Below, piece after piece: positions 26,231-39,558 of a stretch of DNA of 64,000 bases (its first letter is position 1; each line of letters begins with the position of its first letter). The position numbers and the translations under genes are program-made. Source of the stretch: Eukaryota sp. TZLM1-RC (Eukaryota > Protista > Metamonada: BaSk clade); contig JAUPSS010000009.1 of the NCBI GenBank assembly GCA_040285825.1, forward strand, positions 496,001-560,000, written 5' to 3'. The notes beneath the pieces were generated by a model that was not told where the DNA came from, ran no database searches, and saw only the letters and a program-made list of their open reading frames with translations.

Positions 26231-26965
26231 CTAGTTTCTTTGTGGTCTTTGGAACGCTTCTGCTCTTGTTCTATAGTGGTGCTCACTAATTGCAATTTCT
26301 AGCTGATTTAGTGATGCAGAAATGTCTCTAGAACATATCTGATTACATTCCAGACAACTGAAATAGGCGTTGTGAACTTTATTTTCACCATCACCTCCCG
26401 ATAGATCTTTTGGTGTAGCGTCTTGCAGCAGTTCACCTTTGCAGATGTCATATATTCATCTCCGATCTTCACATTAGCAAATGAACATTGTAACAACTTG
26501 AGAAACGTCTTGCGTGGTGTTTTCACTTTTTACGTGATGTACTACCACCTCCATTGCCAAACCACACCTTTGCTTCTCGGCCGTCTGCAAATTTTTTCAT
26601 TTTGTTGATAATTGAGCTAATTCTTTTCTGTTTTCTTATAAAGAATTCAAATGTGTTTTTCTCTCAATGCTTTTCGAGCACTCAAATATAATTGCTGCTT
26701 TAGCAATGATCGTGTTACGTTATTACCTTCATAGTCCTTATAGTCACCGATAGTTGATACTTCAACCAGATAATGGTTCAATTTCTGCACGTCATAAACA
26801 TCTATTGATGAGTGGGTCAGTGAAGCGGAGTGATTGATTTTCGTTGCTTTGGCGCCAAGAAGATATTGGATACGAGAGTACCTGAACATATTCACCCTTG
26901 CACCTCTGGTATCGTTTGTTCACTCTCTACGAATCAACTCACTCCAATCTTAATCTACTCCTGAT
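26231..26965 (-). mobile_element. Fanzor/TnpB-like nuclease remnant, lineage X
   Basis: Across frameshifts: GVD (RuvC-I), VWFGNGGG, DEYMTS..CC, CLEC..SRDISASLN (RuvC-III). Confidence 0.7.
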
Positions 26966-27109
26966 ATTAATTTTAATTTTGAAATTAAAAAATTCATTTC
27001 AATAACATTTATTTGCTATAATTATATATGTAAAGATTTATTATATTTTATGTTATTATTATTAATTAATTTGTTTTTATAATATTTATTATTTTCTACA
27101 AAGAAACAA

Positions 27110-27597
27110 AACAAAACAAATTGAAACACATAAGAAACAAAATTCTCCACGCCAACTCTTGATGAATCCTTATACAGCTTGGACTTCATTAAATTTAAGT
27201 ACTGGGGAACACTTCTGTACAAAGCAAAAATGATACGATTCTTCCATAAATTCATTGAAAAATTCTTACCACTTGAACAACATAAATTACCAAAATTATT
27301 GAGAAAATTCAAGGCAGACTGACCAATGTTGCCAAAAATCGAGAAGGCAAAAGGAACAAACGAAAACTTCGAGCAAAGGTTCTTATTTAAATCATTTAAT
27401 ATTTCAGTATATTTGTCTCGTTTACGAACCTCAGCCTTGTTCAAGTGACCATTAGAACTAACTACAACATCACGATAAATAAGAGCAAAGGGGTCAACTG
27501 TAGTAAAATCCACAACAACTTGAGAGGAATCCACAAAAGGAGCAATTGAATCACAACGTAAATCAAACAAATTATTATCGCTATAATGCTTCAACAA
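27110..27597 (-). mobile_element. 3' fragment of non-LTR family B
   Basis: RCD..VVDFTTVDP, KRDKY, FVPFAFSIFG, GVENFVSYVF. Confidence 0.8.
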
Positions 27598-27829
27598 CGG
27601 TTCTACTTTGACGTTCTTGCTAATTTTTTAATTGATTTTAAGGAAAGTAGCTCAGGTTGTCTCATTTCCCAAACTCCCAATGTCTATAGTTTATTGTTGA
27701 ATGATCATCAATGGACAACTGCTCTAAGGATGAGGTGTTTTCTGTGCCATGCAGTGTGCCAAATGATTTGATTTGTTGCTGTGGTCAGCTCATCAATCTG
27801 AATCATTTATTCAATTGTAAATTTAATAT

Positions 27830-27984
27830 TGTTAGCCTTGGATAATATTTATAATAGTTTATTTATAGTTTATTAATAGTATTTGTATTATTGCGCCCAT
27901 GCGCTTAAGCTTGAGGAAATCCTTATTTCCTTGTAATAAATTACTCTACATCTAGGTATAATGTCTAACCCCCGCAGATCATCA
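27830..27984 (+). repeat. 5' LTR
   Basis: tgttagccttgg...gatcatca; appears identical to 31775-31929; preceded by ATAT. Confidence 0.92.
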
Positions 27985-28566
27985 ATACGTATTGGATCAC
28001 CTGGGGGTGGTTCCAATGACAACTCCGAGACTGTTAGGACTGATCCTCCTACGTCTCACCCTTCGAGTTCTTCCTCCCGAACTCCTCAGTCGGGACCAGA
28101 ACAACCCTTGACAACTGGGTCCGAGGGAAGCAATGCTTCTCCTCCTCCTGTGTTAACTCCTCCTTCCGGAGATTCTGTTACACAACCCAATGCTTCAAGT
28201 TCTTCCTCCCAAACTCCTCAGTTGGGAACAGAACAACCCTCTGGTGGCGAGAGAAGTGATACTTCCTCTCAACCCTCGGGTCAAGGTTCCACTCCATCTA
28301 CGGATGACGTTCCTGTGGTTCCTATCAGTCTTATTGTTCCTTCCGCTAATGTGGAAAATTTTGTACCTCTTTCTCCTCCCCCTGGTTCTAAAGGAGAGGT
28401 TGAAGATTCCCTTTTAGGTCCTGAACAGTTCAGTACTTTAGATGAATATCTGAAGTATATCATCAACCAGACTGACCCTGACTCGGCCAGCAACAAGATA
28501 TCTGAGCTGTTGAAGCTCAAGAGGGTAGAACCTCCCTCTTCACCTATTGTCTGCGCTCCTGTCGCT

Positions 28567-28728
28567 CCTTCCACTTCTTCTACGGAAGCTCCTGGGGAAG
28601 GACAACAAGTTCCTTCCACTTCTTCTACGGAAGCTCCTGGGGAAGGACAACAAGTTCCTTCTACTTCTTCTACGGAAGCTTTTGGGGAAGGACAACAAGC
28701 TCCTTCTATTCCTTCTTCGGAAGTTCCT
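28567..28728 (+). repeat. 45-bp tandem repeat (about 3.5 copies) in the gag-like ORF
   Basis: PSTSSTEAPGEGQQV repeated. Confidence 0.9.
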
Positions 28729-31700
28729 ATGGAAAGCAGCCCTCCGCAACAACCAGCTCCTCCTGCAGTCCCTGCTGGTAACTCTAATCCTACTACTCCT
28801 TCTCGAGAAGTTCCTGTAGCAGGTCCTCCTAATACTTCTATTCCTACTACGGTAGCTCCTACAGAAGTCCATTCAACTCCATCTGTTCCTCCTTCGGGAG
28901 TTCCTACTAGAGGAGTAATTCATATTCCCCCAACCTCTGGCCAGACTCCTCAGCAAGGTCACGTTGTTTCTTCTGTTCCTGCTGCTTGGCAGGTGCTTAG
29001 TGCTGCACAGCCTAACACCTATCAAGCCCCAAGCCAGCCCAAGGAATCAGATTCTCCTTTCATCTCTACTCAGCAGAGGACTGAAGCTCAAACTTTAGTT
29101 CTCAATGCTGGTATTGAGTTAATGCAAGGAGATCCTGCATCGATTCCTCCCAACGAACTCATTGCTGCTTTACCCCCATTTTGGGGTCCTAATGATCATG
29201 GCTTTAGGATACGCAGAAGAATTGGCCCCTACTTCCCAACGGAGGAAGTAGACAATCTTATGGTTCGTTGTGACCCTCCTCCAAATTATCCTCAACGGGA
29301 TACTGTTGGAGGGTTCAGAACTTCTCGTGAAGGTGTACAGAGGATCTTCGCTGGTGATGAGCTGAATCTCTTCCTCAACCGATGTAACCCATGTCCTTTC
29401 CCCAGGTTTAGCCCTGGATACAATGCTTCTCTTGATATTTATATCAATAGAGACTTCAGGACTGGATGGTGGTACATTTGATTAGTCCTAATTAATTAAT
29501 TAATTTATTTAGTCCATTTAGCCGAAATCAAACGCCTGATCGCGGAGCATATGCCTCTAAACTTACCTCCGGTGGATAACCAAGTACTAATTAGTTGCGA
29601 TGCCTCTGATATAGCAGTTGGCGGCGTGATTTGGGAACAAATAGAACCCACTAAGGACCCTGGTACTTCCTTACTCAATAGGAAATGTAGACCAATTAGC
29701 TTCTTCAGCAGATTGTTGACTAACTCCCAGCAGAACTGGCCCACGGTACAGAAAGAGCTTTATGCTATCCTTCTCATGCTTACTGAAAGTGGCTTCGAGA
29801 ACTACCTCAAAGGAAGGCGTCTGATCATTTTCACAGATCACCAAAACCTTATTTACATGCTTACCGCTCCGAACAAAAACAGAATAGTCAGAAGGTGGCT
29901 TCCCATCTTTTCTGAGTTCCTATTCGACATCGTTCATACAAAAGGGGAAGAGAACCATTGGACAGACATGCTATCTAGGATAGTACCGCCCCAAGACAAT
30001 CATACCATCAACCATCTGGTCCATTCCAACGACCAAGAGTTTCACCCTATCTACTACACAAATAGGATTGATGAAACTGAGTCAGAGAGATGCTTCGTTG
30101 AAGATCTCCATACATTCGAGAAGGTGCTTATCCTTCAAGATAAATGCTCCAATGACCTTCCACTCTTCGAGCCATGGCTCTGCAAGATCAGGTCCGAACA
30201 AAAGCGAGCCCTCGCTAACCAGGACACCTCGTTTAACAACTGTACTTTGGATAGTCGTCTAGATTTTTATCTGACTCCAGAGCACAAGATCGTGATTCCT
30301 CAATCACTGGTTAAGGATATGCTTAACCTTCTACATGGACTCCCGCAAGGTGGCCACCCCAGTAAGGCAGAAAGTCTCCTCAGACTCAAGAACAGCGACT
30401 ACTGGTGGCCTAACATGCTTTCAGACATGACCAAGCACGTCCAAGAATGCCCCTCCTGTCAGAAGACGCCCGCAGTCCCCAAACTGCATGTCCCTACAAC
30501 TGGTTCCTTGTGGGCTGACAGACCATTCGCAAGAGTAAACGTCGACGTCATTGGTCCTCTTCCAGAAGATCAAGACGGCCACAGATAAATTCTCGTATTT
30601 GTGGATAGCTTCACGAGGTTCACTATCATAGTCCCTCTCAAAGAACTCAACGCCAACCTTACCGCCGACGCTCTCATATGGAAGGTATGTGCGATATTTG
30701 GGATCCCGTTCATAGTCCATAGTGACAACGGTCCTGAGTTCTCAAAAGCTGTCTTCGACGCGCTAAGTGAGTTTTTGGGCATAGAGGTCTCAAAGTCCGT
30801 CCCTCACTTCTCTCAGTCCAACGGTTTAGTCGAATGCCGTCACCGTGACATTTTGCAGAATTTGAGGAAGCTGCTCGTAGATTTTAACGCCTACGATGCA
30901 TGGTCAGAGTACATACCCTATGTACAATTGTTAATCAACTCATCCAAGAGTTCGATTACAGGTTACTCTCCATACGAGCTCATGTTTGGTTCAGATTTTA
31001 GCCCAAGAGCTGACCCTGGCAAAATCATAGAGACCCTCGAAAGCTCAACGTCTGAGTCAACCTACATCAACGACATTCAATCCAAATTTGCCAGATTGAA
31101 GAAGAAACAGGAGGAAGCAGAGCTCCGTCAAGCTTCCAAGGCTCCTCCTCGTGATTCCCAAATCGAAGCCAACCCTTTCTCTCCTGGCCAATTGGTCAAA
31201 CGAGCTTCGTCTTCCACTGCTAAGTTACATGGTAATTACAAAGGACCATTCTTAGTTATTGACACACCCTCTACCTCCACAGCTGATATCAAGAATCTGT
31301 GTACTGGTATAGTTGTTAAAGCCAGTGTGAAGCACCTCCAACCTTGGCATTCCAGTTTACCAGCTGATGATGAATTTCACTCCTTTATTTTGCCCTTATT
31401 CTGTTTAAGCCTAAAGGCGCCAACACTACTTCTTCCCTTTTACAAAATTAATTAACTTTAAACTGATAACTAAACTATAAATATACAAAATACTAATAAC
31501 TAAATTAAATTGCTGCTGGTGATGCAGAAGAGCACGTGATCCAGAAAGTCCTCAGTCAGGATGGTGATTACTGTCAAGTCCAATGGCCTGGCAATCATAT
31601 TACCACTGAGCTGGTTTCGACTGTTCAAAACACCTCTGCCTATAAAGAATTCTCCAAGTCTGTTTCTAATACTCGCTCTCGTCCTTCACGCCGTAAACGT

Positions 31701-31774
31701 CGTTCTGATAATATTAACAATAGTGTTAATCCAACTCCTATCAGGCCTCGACGCTCGAAAAGAAGAAAGGGCAG

Positions 31775-31929
31775 TGTTAGCCTTGGATAATATTTATAAT
31801 AGTTTATTTATAGTTTATTAATAGTATTTGTATTATTGCGCCCATGCGCTTAAGCTTGAGGAAATCCTTATTTCCTTGTAATAAATTACTCTACATCTAG
31901 GTATAATGTCTAACCCCCGCAGATCATCA
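31775..31929 (+). repeat. 3' LTR
   Basis: Follows purine tract aaaagaagaaagggcag; followed by ATAT. Confidence 0.92.
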
Positions 31930-32482
31930 ATATTACATATCGCTCCGTTGTTCACGATGTTGATAGAGTCCAACTATACGCTATGTGCAAAAGTGATCAC
32001 ATTGAAGCTGCTGTTGAACCTCTTGTGCGTAAGTTGTCACCTAAAAACGAAGATGAAAATACTTTTGGGAAACGGCGTGCTGATTTAATTACACCAGGGT
32101 CTGATGATGTGATAAAAGTTGTTGATGTTGTCACTGTTGATGTTTGTAAGGATTCAGCAATTGATTTTGCCAATAAAGATGCAACTTCACTCTGCTTTGC
32201 TGAAAAGTGCAAAATCATAAAGTACAATGAGCCTTTATCTTAGCTAGGAGGTGTTGAGCATGTCAACTATCAGCTGGTTCCATTTGCTGTTTCTCTTTTT
32301 GGTAACATTGGAGTATCTGGAATTAAATTTCTCAACGGTTGCAGAAGTTTAATAAAAGAAAGAGGGGGAAGATGTTGTTGATACGTTTATTGAGAATATT
32401 GAGTTCTAGTTTTTTTGTTTTGTTTGTTTTGTTTACGTTTTAAAACAAAAGAAAACAAAAAAATACTTTGCAACTAAAACTT

Positions 32483-34535
32483 GTATTTATTGAATTTGCA
32501 CACTTAATTAAATTAACTCATAACTAATGGGACGACTATCATTGAACCAAGATTTCCTCTACAAAATCTTGATCTGCTTGCTGTCTAGCTAAAGCTGCTC
32601 TTATTCGATTGAAAAACCGAGGTAATCTATTAATAATGGCAAATTGAATCCGTGAACGCCATAAACAAATATCAAATCTTTTGATTCTTTTTTTCTTGCA
32701 CCATTTATTGGAAGTCATTCAAAACAGTTTCTGCTTCAACTGATAATCTTCCATTTATCGAAAATGGGAAAGTAATAAAAACCAGCTGTGTAGTTCTATC
32801 GGCATTAGCCTCTTCAATATCTTTATCATATTTTCTATGTTTATCTTTTGCTTCAAAATCAAGAGCAGTCACAGGATTAAGTTTTCTTCTGTGAACCAAA
32901 GTATCACATTACATGTGACAAAGTCAACAATAGCTTCAGAATTATGAATCCAAACACAGTATACATCACCTCTATCATCAGAACCAAAATTATTCAGAGA
33001 AAGTGTTTCCTTCAGCAGGAGCTCTTTGATACACGGTATTCTTGCAGTTTGTGCCATATTGAAAACAGTGTCTCTAACAGCATCATGTAATGAAGAACGA
33101 TAAGTTATCAATTTAGGACAATTCAGAGCATGGAGCAAAGTGAGTTGAGGTGAATTCGACCAAATACATTTTTCTTTTGATAATAATTGATTAATGGGGA
33201 TGTTCAAATATAATCTCATTTTTGTTACAAATGCTTCATTAGTGGCACACAATCCAAATCTTCGTGGTACAATGGTTACAAAAAGTGAAGAATCTGATGA
33301 CTTGTTTTCACAAACACCCTTTTCCAACAACAATGAGTGAAGATCTTGATTTAAAACAGCCGAGCTGCATATATTATTATAAAGATCTTTTTCATAAATT
33401 CCAGTCAATCGTTTCTGTAATGTTCGAAAAGTGTACTTCAAATTTAAAACATTTTTTTCTGGAATATTGCCATTGAATGATTGGGGAAAACATCGACCCC
33501 ATTTTTCTACATCAATTTTTGAAATTTCTTCATTTAATGCAAAAACAGTGGAACTTTGCGTTGTCATCAATAAATCTTCCCAATCTGCAAATCTTTCGGA
33601 AAACTTAAAGATTGCATTTCTGCATCCACCAACAAAAGCACACGAGGTAAGAATAGAAGCCTTCGTCCACCCTAAACCGCCATAATGTGGACTAAGGTAA
33701 GCATGGTCTGGAATTTGGAACATTTTACATCCCAGTAATTGAGACAGAACTTCTGCACGTAATTCATTAGACTTCTGAGCCAAAGGGCTAGTGACAAGAG
33801 GATTTGTAGATCGAAATATATGATTAAAGTTGGAACTAAAACATAGTCTTATAATGGTAAATTTGATGTGTTTTTGTATATCTAAATTCATTATTCGGTC
33901 AATTTTTTCAGAAATTGAGTTCAACTTTTCAAACAATTTTTTGGTAATTTCATCATTATTTCCTAAAAACGAACCCAAATGACGAATAGCATCAATTGAA
34001 TATAATTTGGCTTGAATTTCAATACCATCAAATATTGTTGAAACTGGAGAATTCGATAACAAAACACATTTAAGTAAATTAAGTCGGAGACCAATTTTGG
34101 TAAATAATTCTTCAAAACATACAGTTGCTTGTTTCACAATATATAAATAACCAATAAGCACAACATCATCCATATATGCAATCATCTGTAGCGAAGGAAA
34201 CATCTCTTGAATTTGCAATAAAATAGGATGAATGGCCAAACAAAACAAAAGTGGTCCTAACGGATCTCCTTGCTTTACTTGATGAACTCAAAATGCAATT
34301 ACCAAAATGTAAATTAGAATATGTGCTATATGTTGATTGAAAATACGGTATTAATTCCGGCATATATTGCAATAGAGACATGGATACTGCGACGACTTAG
34401 TGAATTGAAAGCATTACTAAAATTCAATGACATACAAACATTGGATTCATTTTGGCGAAATAAAACATCAGTAGCAAATATCGCTGAAGAGACTCCATCA
34501 GTGGTATTTATACCATATTGAAAGGGTAATGAAAT
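32483..34535 (-). mobile_element. 5'-truncated RLE non-LTR retrotransposon, family C
   Basis: QYGINT, FSNAFNS, QGDPLGPLLF, AYMDD, GGLG, LHDAVRD, RGDV, KHRKY, conserved 3' UTR. Confidence 0.9.
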
Positions 34536-35759
34536 CTTCTATTTACAACTAAAACTGTAACACTTAAACATTATTATTTATTATTTATTTTTATTATTAT
34601 TTTATAGGTGTATTTAGTTCCAATTTTGGTTAGTAAAGGTATATGAATACTTTTCCCTAATTTTGATCATTTGTCCAACAAACTGAGCAACAGACCATTT
34701 GGAACTCATTCTGTCTAGTTTGGTTTAGCTTCATGAACTGGGGGTGCAAGTCAAAACAAGATTAACCGAACCCAATCCCTCCGCTGAATCAGAAGTCATA
34801 CGAAGTCTATGTGAGTTTGATTCAAAGATGATGTTTACATGTTTTTCAAGAAGAAAATTCTCTGATGGAAATGAGCAGATTGTGGACAGTTCGCACCATT
34901 CCAATCTTGATCCAATGAATTGAATTACCTCTCCACAAAGATCAATTGATTGACAAAATAAGTTGACTGATTTTTATTGGTTCAAAATGAATTTGAATTT
35001 TTTCCTTTGTGATCAAACAAATGTTTTCTGAAGCAAAGTCAAGGTCACCCTCGTGACCTTAAATCATTCTTCACCTCGCACAACTGTTTTAAAAATCAAC
35101 AGTTTCAGTAATTGTAAATTTGATATTGACCCTCTAAATCTGAAATTCACTCAAAGTTAAATATGAAAGATATCTACGTACAGTGATGGATATTGGTAAT
35201 TATAGACGCTCTGGTGCTGCACAAGTATACAAAACACAATGGATTACTGTTTCGTTCCAGTGAAGCTTGATAACTTTGCGATTTGTGACTTCCATATATA
35301 AAAGCAATTGACAAAGACCTACAAATAATTATTATTTTGTAATTTGACCCCAAAAGCATTGGATGTGTCTGAAAGCTGTCATAGAACTCTCTCAAAATTT
35401 TTCTGTTAATGCAGTTTTTTAATATGCCAAAGGTGAATGAGGGTGACAGTTGGCAATGATGATACTACAAGTATTGATAAATAAATGTGTATGAAATAAA
35501 CATCTACCACAATCGAAATTGTACCAAATACGCGTTTTTAATGGTTTATTAGCAATCAGATTGCATTTGTACCGGTGATTACTTTGAGTTTGTCCAACAA
35601 AATGAATGGGCATGTCTCTAATTGAATATGCGTCTCAAAGATTTTTGTGAACAAAGCAAAATCGTTGGCTTGGTCATGACTTGGTACATTTCTATTCATA
35701 TAATGGAAAAATCATCAGATACTTCAATTTCTCCAGTCCTTTAGACATTGTCTGTCAAA

Positions 35760-36815
35760 ATGAACCGTGTCTTGGCTTACATTACTCTTGCCTTACTTGT
35801 TATATCCATAGGTCATGTCTTTGCGAAGCAGGGTTCTACTTGCTTAACCTACTTTTATGGCTATGGATGTCACCATTGTATACCATTAGGACCAAAGATA
35901 GACATGATTACCGATTACTTTCCTGTAGTTGTTCAAAAACATGATGTTTGGTCCAATGAAACCTCCAAATCTTTACAAAGTTCTTTATTAGACCAGTATA
36001 ATACAAGGATCTCACCATCAGTTCCTATGATTTTCTCAGCAGACACCATTCTCCAAGGACAGTCCGCTTTCTCATTCGGACTCTGGGATTCAATTAATCG
36101 CAACAGGGGTGTTGCATGTCCCACTTCTTTAAAATTCATTCACAACATTTTCCCAAAGTCTTCTCTTCCCAAAATGTTGGTGTCTGTCTTCGCTGCATTA
36201 GCTGCTGCTTCTCTGTCCCCCTCACTCTTTCATAACTTTGTGTCTGTTGGTAATGCGGCAGCACTAGCCAAGAAGAGTGTGGTGGGGAGCTGTATTTGGT
36301 TCGTTTCAGGCGGAATGGTCTTTTTTGTATTGGGTTCTCTATTTATAATGTTCTTCTTTTCGAATTTCGGGAGTTTGATTTTCTTTTTAAAATATGCACA
36401 TTTTGTTTATTTTTCCCTGGGAATTTGGCATTTGAAAACAGCTATTTTCCCAAAACGTGAGTTGAGACCTTTTTCACCCATATGGATCAGCCAAAGGATC
36501 CAAAAATCATTTGCCATTTCTGATAAATTTTTTAAAATGGGATTTTGGTCTTTTCTTTGTGAAATCTTTGCCATTGTCCCGTCCTTGCTAGTAGCTTCGT
36601 CTGTAGTCGCCTATTCGTTGTCATTTTCAATGTTGGGTTTTGGTTTAGTTTTGGTTGTACTATTTGGAAGTTCATTTATGTTATTATCAACATGGTGTTA
36701 TTGTTTTGATTTATTTTCTATTCCTTACAAATTTGTATTAAACACCCCAGTACTTTCAGTTACGCTTCAAGGAATTTTGTTCTTACTGTCTGCTTTTTTA
36801 TGGCCTATTTCCTAG
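35760..36815 (+). CDS. Signal peptide + thioredoxin/glutaredoxin-like CxxC domain + CcdA/DsbD-like multi-pass membrane region
   Basis: Hydrophobic N-terminus; FYGYGCHHC; SVPMIF cis-Pro-type motif; about six hydrophobic segments; intact ORF. Confidence 0.65.
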   Translation: MNRVLAYITLALLVISIGHVFAKQGSTCLTYFYGYGCHHCIPLGPKIDMITDYFPVVVQKHDVWSNETSKSLQSSLLDQYNTRISPSVPMIFSADTILQGQSAFSFGLWDSINRNRGVACPTSLKFIHNIFPKSSLPKMLVSVFAALAAASLSPSLFHNFVSVGNAAALAKKSVVGSCIWFVSGGMVFFVLGSLFIMFFFSNFGSLIFFLKYAHFVYFSLGIWHLKTAIFPKRELRPFSPIWISQRIQKSFAISDKFFKMGFWSFLCEIFAIVPSLLVASSVVAYSLSFSMLGFGLVLVVLFGSSFMLLSTWCYCFDLFSIPYKFVLNTPVLSVTLQGILFLLSAFLWPIS

Positions 36816-37189
36816 TTTTTTGAGTGTTGGTTAATTGTTGTAAAGTCTCATTTGTCTGTTTTTGTTTATAAACGTGATTCTGGAATAAAGCTCAACATCT
36901 CGATTCTGTCGAATTAAATTGAAGACAAATAATATCTTCCATTATAAGGTATAACTTAAATTACGATTGCAATTGGAGTGAATGACAGACAAGTTGTTTG
37001 AGGACTGATTTTGAAAGTTCTAAAATACTTGACAGAATGAAGCATTGTCAGAATGTGCTTTGACACGAAATTCCCATAATAATATTAAGAGAAGAAGAAC
37101 TGATTTATAAATAAAACCAGCTATATAAACTATAAAACCCTATAACTTATGACAAATCAATGAATGAGAAACTTATTACGATTTTTTGT

Positions 37190-39215
37190 ACATAAACTTG
37201 ATCTGCTTGTTGTCAAGCTAAATCTTTTCTATTTCGTTAGAAAAACCGAGGTAATCTATTGACAATGGTAAGTTGATTGCGAGAACGCCATAAAAAAATA
37301 TCAAATCAATTCATTCAGTTAACTAGATCCATTATTTGGAGATCATTCAAAATTCTGCTTCTACTGATAGTTTTCTTTTCACAGAACATGGGAATCCAAT
37401 AACAATAAATGGTTTATTTTCATCAGCATTAGTTTCTTCAATATCTTTGTCATATTTTCTATGATTTTCATATGCTTTTTAATCAAGTGCATTTACAGGA
37501 TTAGGTTTTCTTGTTTGAACCAAAGTGTCAATTACAACATTAGAGGAGACAAAGTCAACAAGAGCTGCAGAGTTATCAATCCAATAACAGTATATATCAA
37601 CTCTATCATCAGAACCATAATTATCCACTGACAGTTTCTCTCAGCAGAGGCTCTATAATACACAGTATTCTTGCGGTTTGTGCCATATTAAAAACAGTGT
37701 CTCTAACAGCATCATGTCATGAAGAACGATAAGTTATTAATTCTAAACAATTCAGAGCATGGCTCAAAGTGAGTTGAGGTGAATTCGAACGAATGTATTT
37801 TTCCTTTGATAATAATTGATTAATGGGGATATTCAAATATAATCTCATTTTTGATGCAAATGATTCATTAGGGGTACAAAATCAAATCTTCGTGGTACAA
37901 TGGTTACAAAAAGTGAAGAATCTAATGACTTGTTTTCACAAACACCCTATTCCAATAACAATGAGTGAAGATCATGATTCATATCAGCCGAGCTGCATAT
38001 ATTATTATGGATATCATTTTCATACAGTCAATTCAATCGTCTCTGTAATGTTCGAAGAATGTATCTTAAATTTACAAGATTCATTCCTGGAATATTGCCA
38101 TTTAATGATTCGAGAAAGAATTAGCTGCATTTTCTACATCGGTTTTTAAAATGTCTTCATTTAATACAAGATAGTAGACTCTTGTGATATCATTGAGAAA
38201 TCTTTCCAATCGGCAAATCTTTCGGAGAACTCAAAGATTGCATTTCAGCATCCAACGATGGAAGCACACGAATCAAGAAGTGAGGCCTTTGTACAACCTA
38301 AACCACCATGATGTGGACTAAAATAAGCAATGGTCAGGATATTTGGACATTTTACATCCTAGTAATAGGAGAATTTGTGGATCGACATATATGATTAAAA
38401 AAGGAGTTGAAACAAAGTCTTATAATGGTAAATTTGATATGTTTTTGTACATCCAAGTTCATCATTTGGTGAGTTTTCTCCGAATTAAAGTTCAACATTT
38501 CAAACAATTGTTTAGCAACTTCATGATTATTTTCTAAAAACGAACTCAAATGACGAATAACATCACCTATTGTTGAAAATGGAGAATTTGAAAGTGAAAC
38601 ACATTTGAGTAAGTTGAGTCGAATGTCAATATTTTTGAATAATTATTTGAAACATAAAGTTGCTTCTCTGACAATCGTTAAGTCACCTATAAGAACAACA
38701 TCATTCTTATAAGCAGCAACTATTTTCCAAGAAGAAAACATTGCTTGAATTTGTTATAAAACTGGTTGAATGGCAAGAAAAAACAAAAGACTTCCCAGCG
38801 TAAGTCCTGGTGTAACACCATTAGATCCATTTAAGATAGAATTCTGAAAAATGCAAATCGAGATTTGTGCAATATGCTGTGTAGATTGCGTAACAATTCT
38901 GGTAACTAATTCAAAAAAGCACCATAAATACTGCAACTGATGCCGTTAGGCAGAAATACCGAAGATGAAAAGAAAAAAAGAGGGCTTTATCAATAAAAAT
39001 ACTTGTTCTTGAACAAGTGCCACGTCATCATGTAAATTCCTCATCTGTCTACCAAGTTAATCAGTAACAACAACACAACGATTGGTTGAATTTAATACAT
39101 TGCTAAAGTCCTGCCACATCCAAACATTATATTCATTTTGATGAAATAGAACATCTGTAACAAATTCTGCTGATGCAACTCCCTCACTGGTATTAATTCC
39201 ATGTTGAAACGATAA
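37190..39215 (-). mobile_element. Heavily degraded non-LTR family C-like copy
   Basis: Nucleotide homology to 32570-34530 throughout; QHGINTSEGV, HDAVRD remnants. Confidence 0.8.
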
Positions 39216-39399
39216 CATGTGTTGGTCTCTTCTTTGAATCTATTTAATCAGTAAGCAAAAAACATATTGTGCAAGTTTAAGAAATTCTAATTCGAACATC
39301 CTATTTTGAGCTTCTTTCAAATTCAGTCAAACGTGGGATCTCAGTTCTTTGGAATATTTGAACTGGCCAGATAAATCACTAGTAAAAAATTTGGTTATT

Positions 39400-39558
39400 T
39401 AAATAAAACAATCTTGAAAGCGTCGGAAGAATTGATTTAGAAGAGATGAACAAATAGCGTCATTCCGATGTAGCACTCATTACATGAGAAGAAATCAGTT
39501 GAGCATAGCTAAAGAGTAGCTTCCTTTTTCAACTTTTGTAATAACTACTGCCAAATGT
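39400..39558. repeat. About 155-bp dispersed repeat, second copy at 53170-53325
   Basis: aataaaacaatcttgaaagc...actactgccaaat present at both loci; probably a transposon fragment. Confidence 0.75.

Larger units (their letters stand above)
27830..31929 (+). mobile_element. Ty3/gypsy-type LTR retrotransposon, non-autonomous (gag-like ORF, RNase H, integrase, chromodomain-like tail; protease and RT missing)
   Basis: 155-bp TG...CA LTRs, ATAT target duplication, purine tract before the 3' LTR, CDASD..KELYAI..TDH (RNase H), H..H..CPSC, D-D-E integrase (DVIGPL, SDNG, NGLVE), GPF motif. Confidence 0.93.
27605..32410 (+). mobile_element. Non-LTR family A fragment interrupted by the LTR element (host parts 27605-27829 and 31930-32410)
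   Basis: Rejoining the flanks restores tttaatattacatatcgc as in the uninterrupted copy near 61110. Confidence 0.85.

Noticed and set aside
27994-28002. GGATCACCT resembling the 16S rRNA 3' end
   Set aside because: Only 9 nt, with no surrounding rRNA sequence
28567-28728. Regular repeats as a possible CRISPR array
   Set aside because: Head-to-tail 45-bp coding repeats with no unique spacers, inside a gag-like ORF
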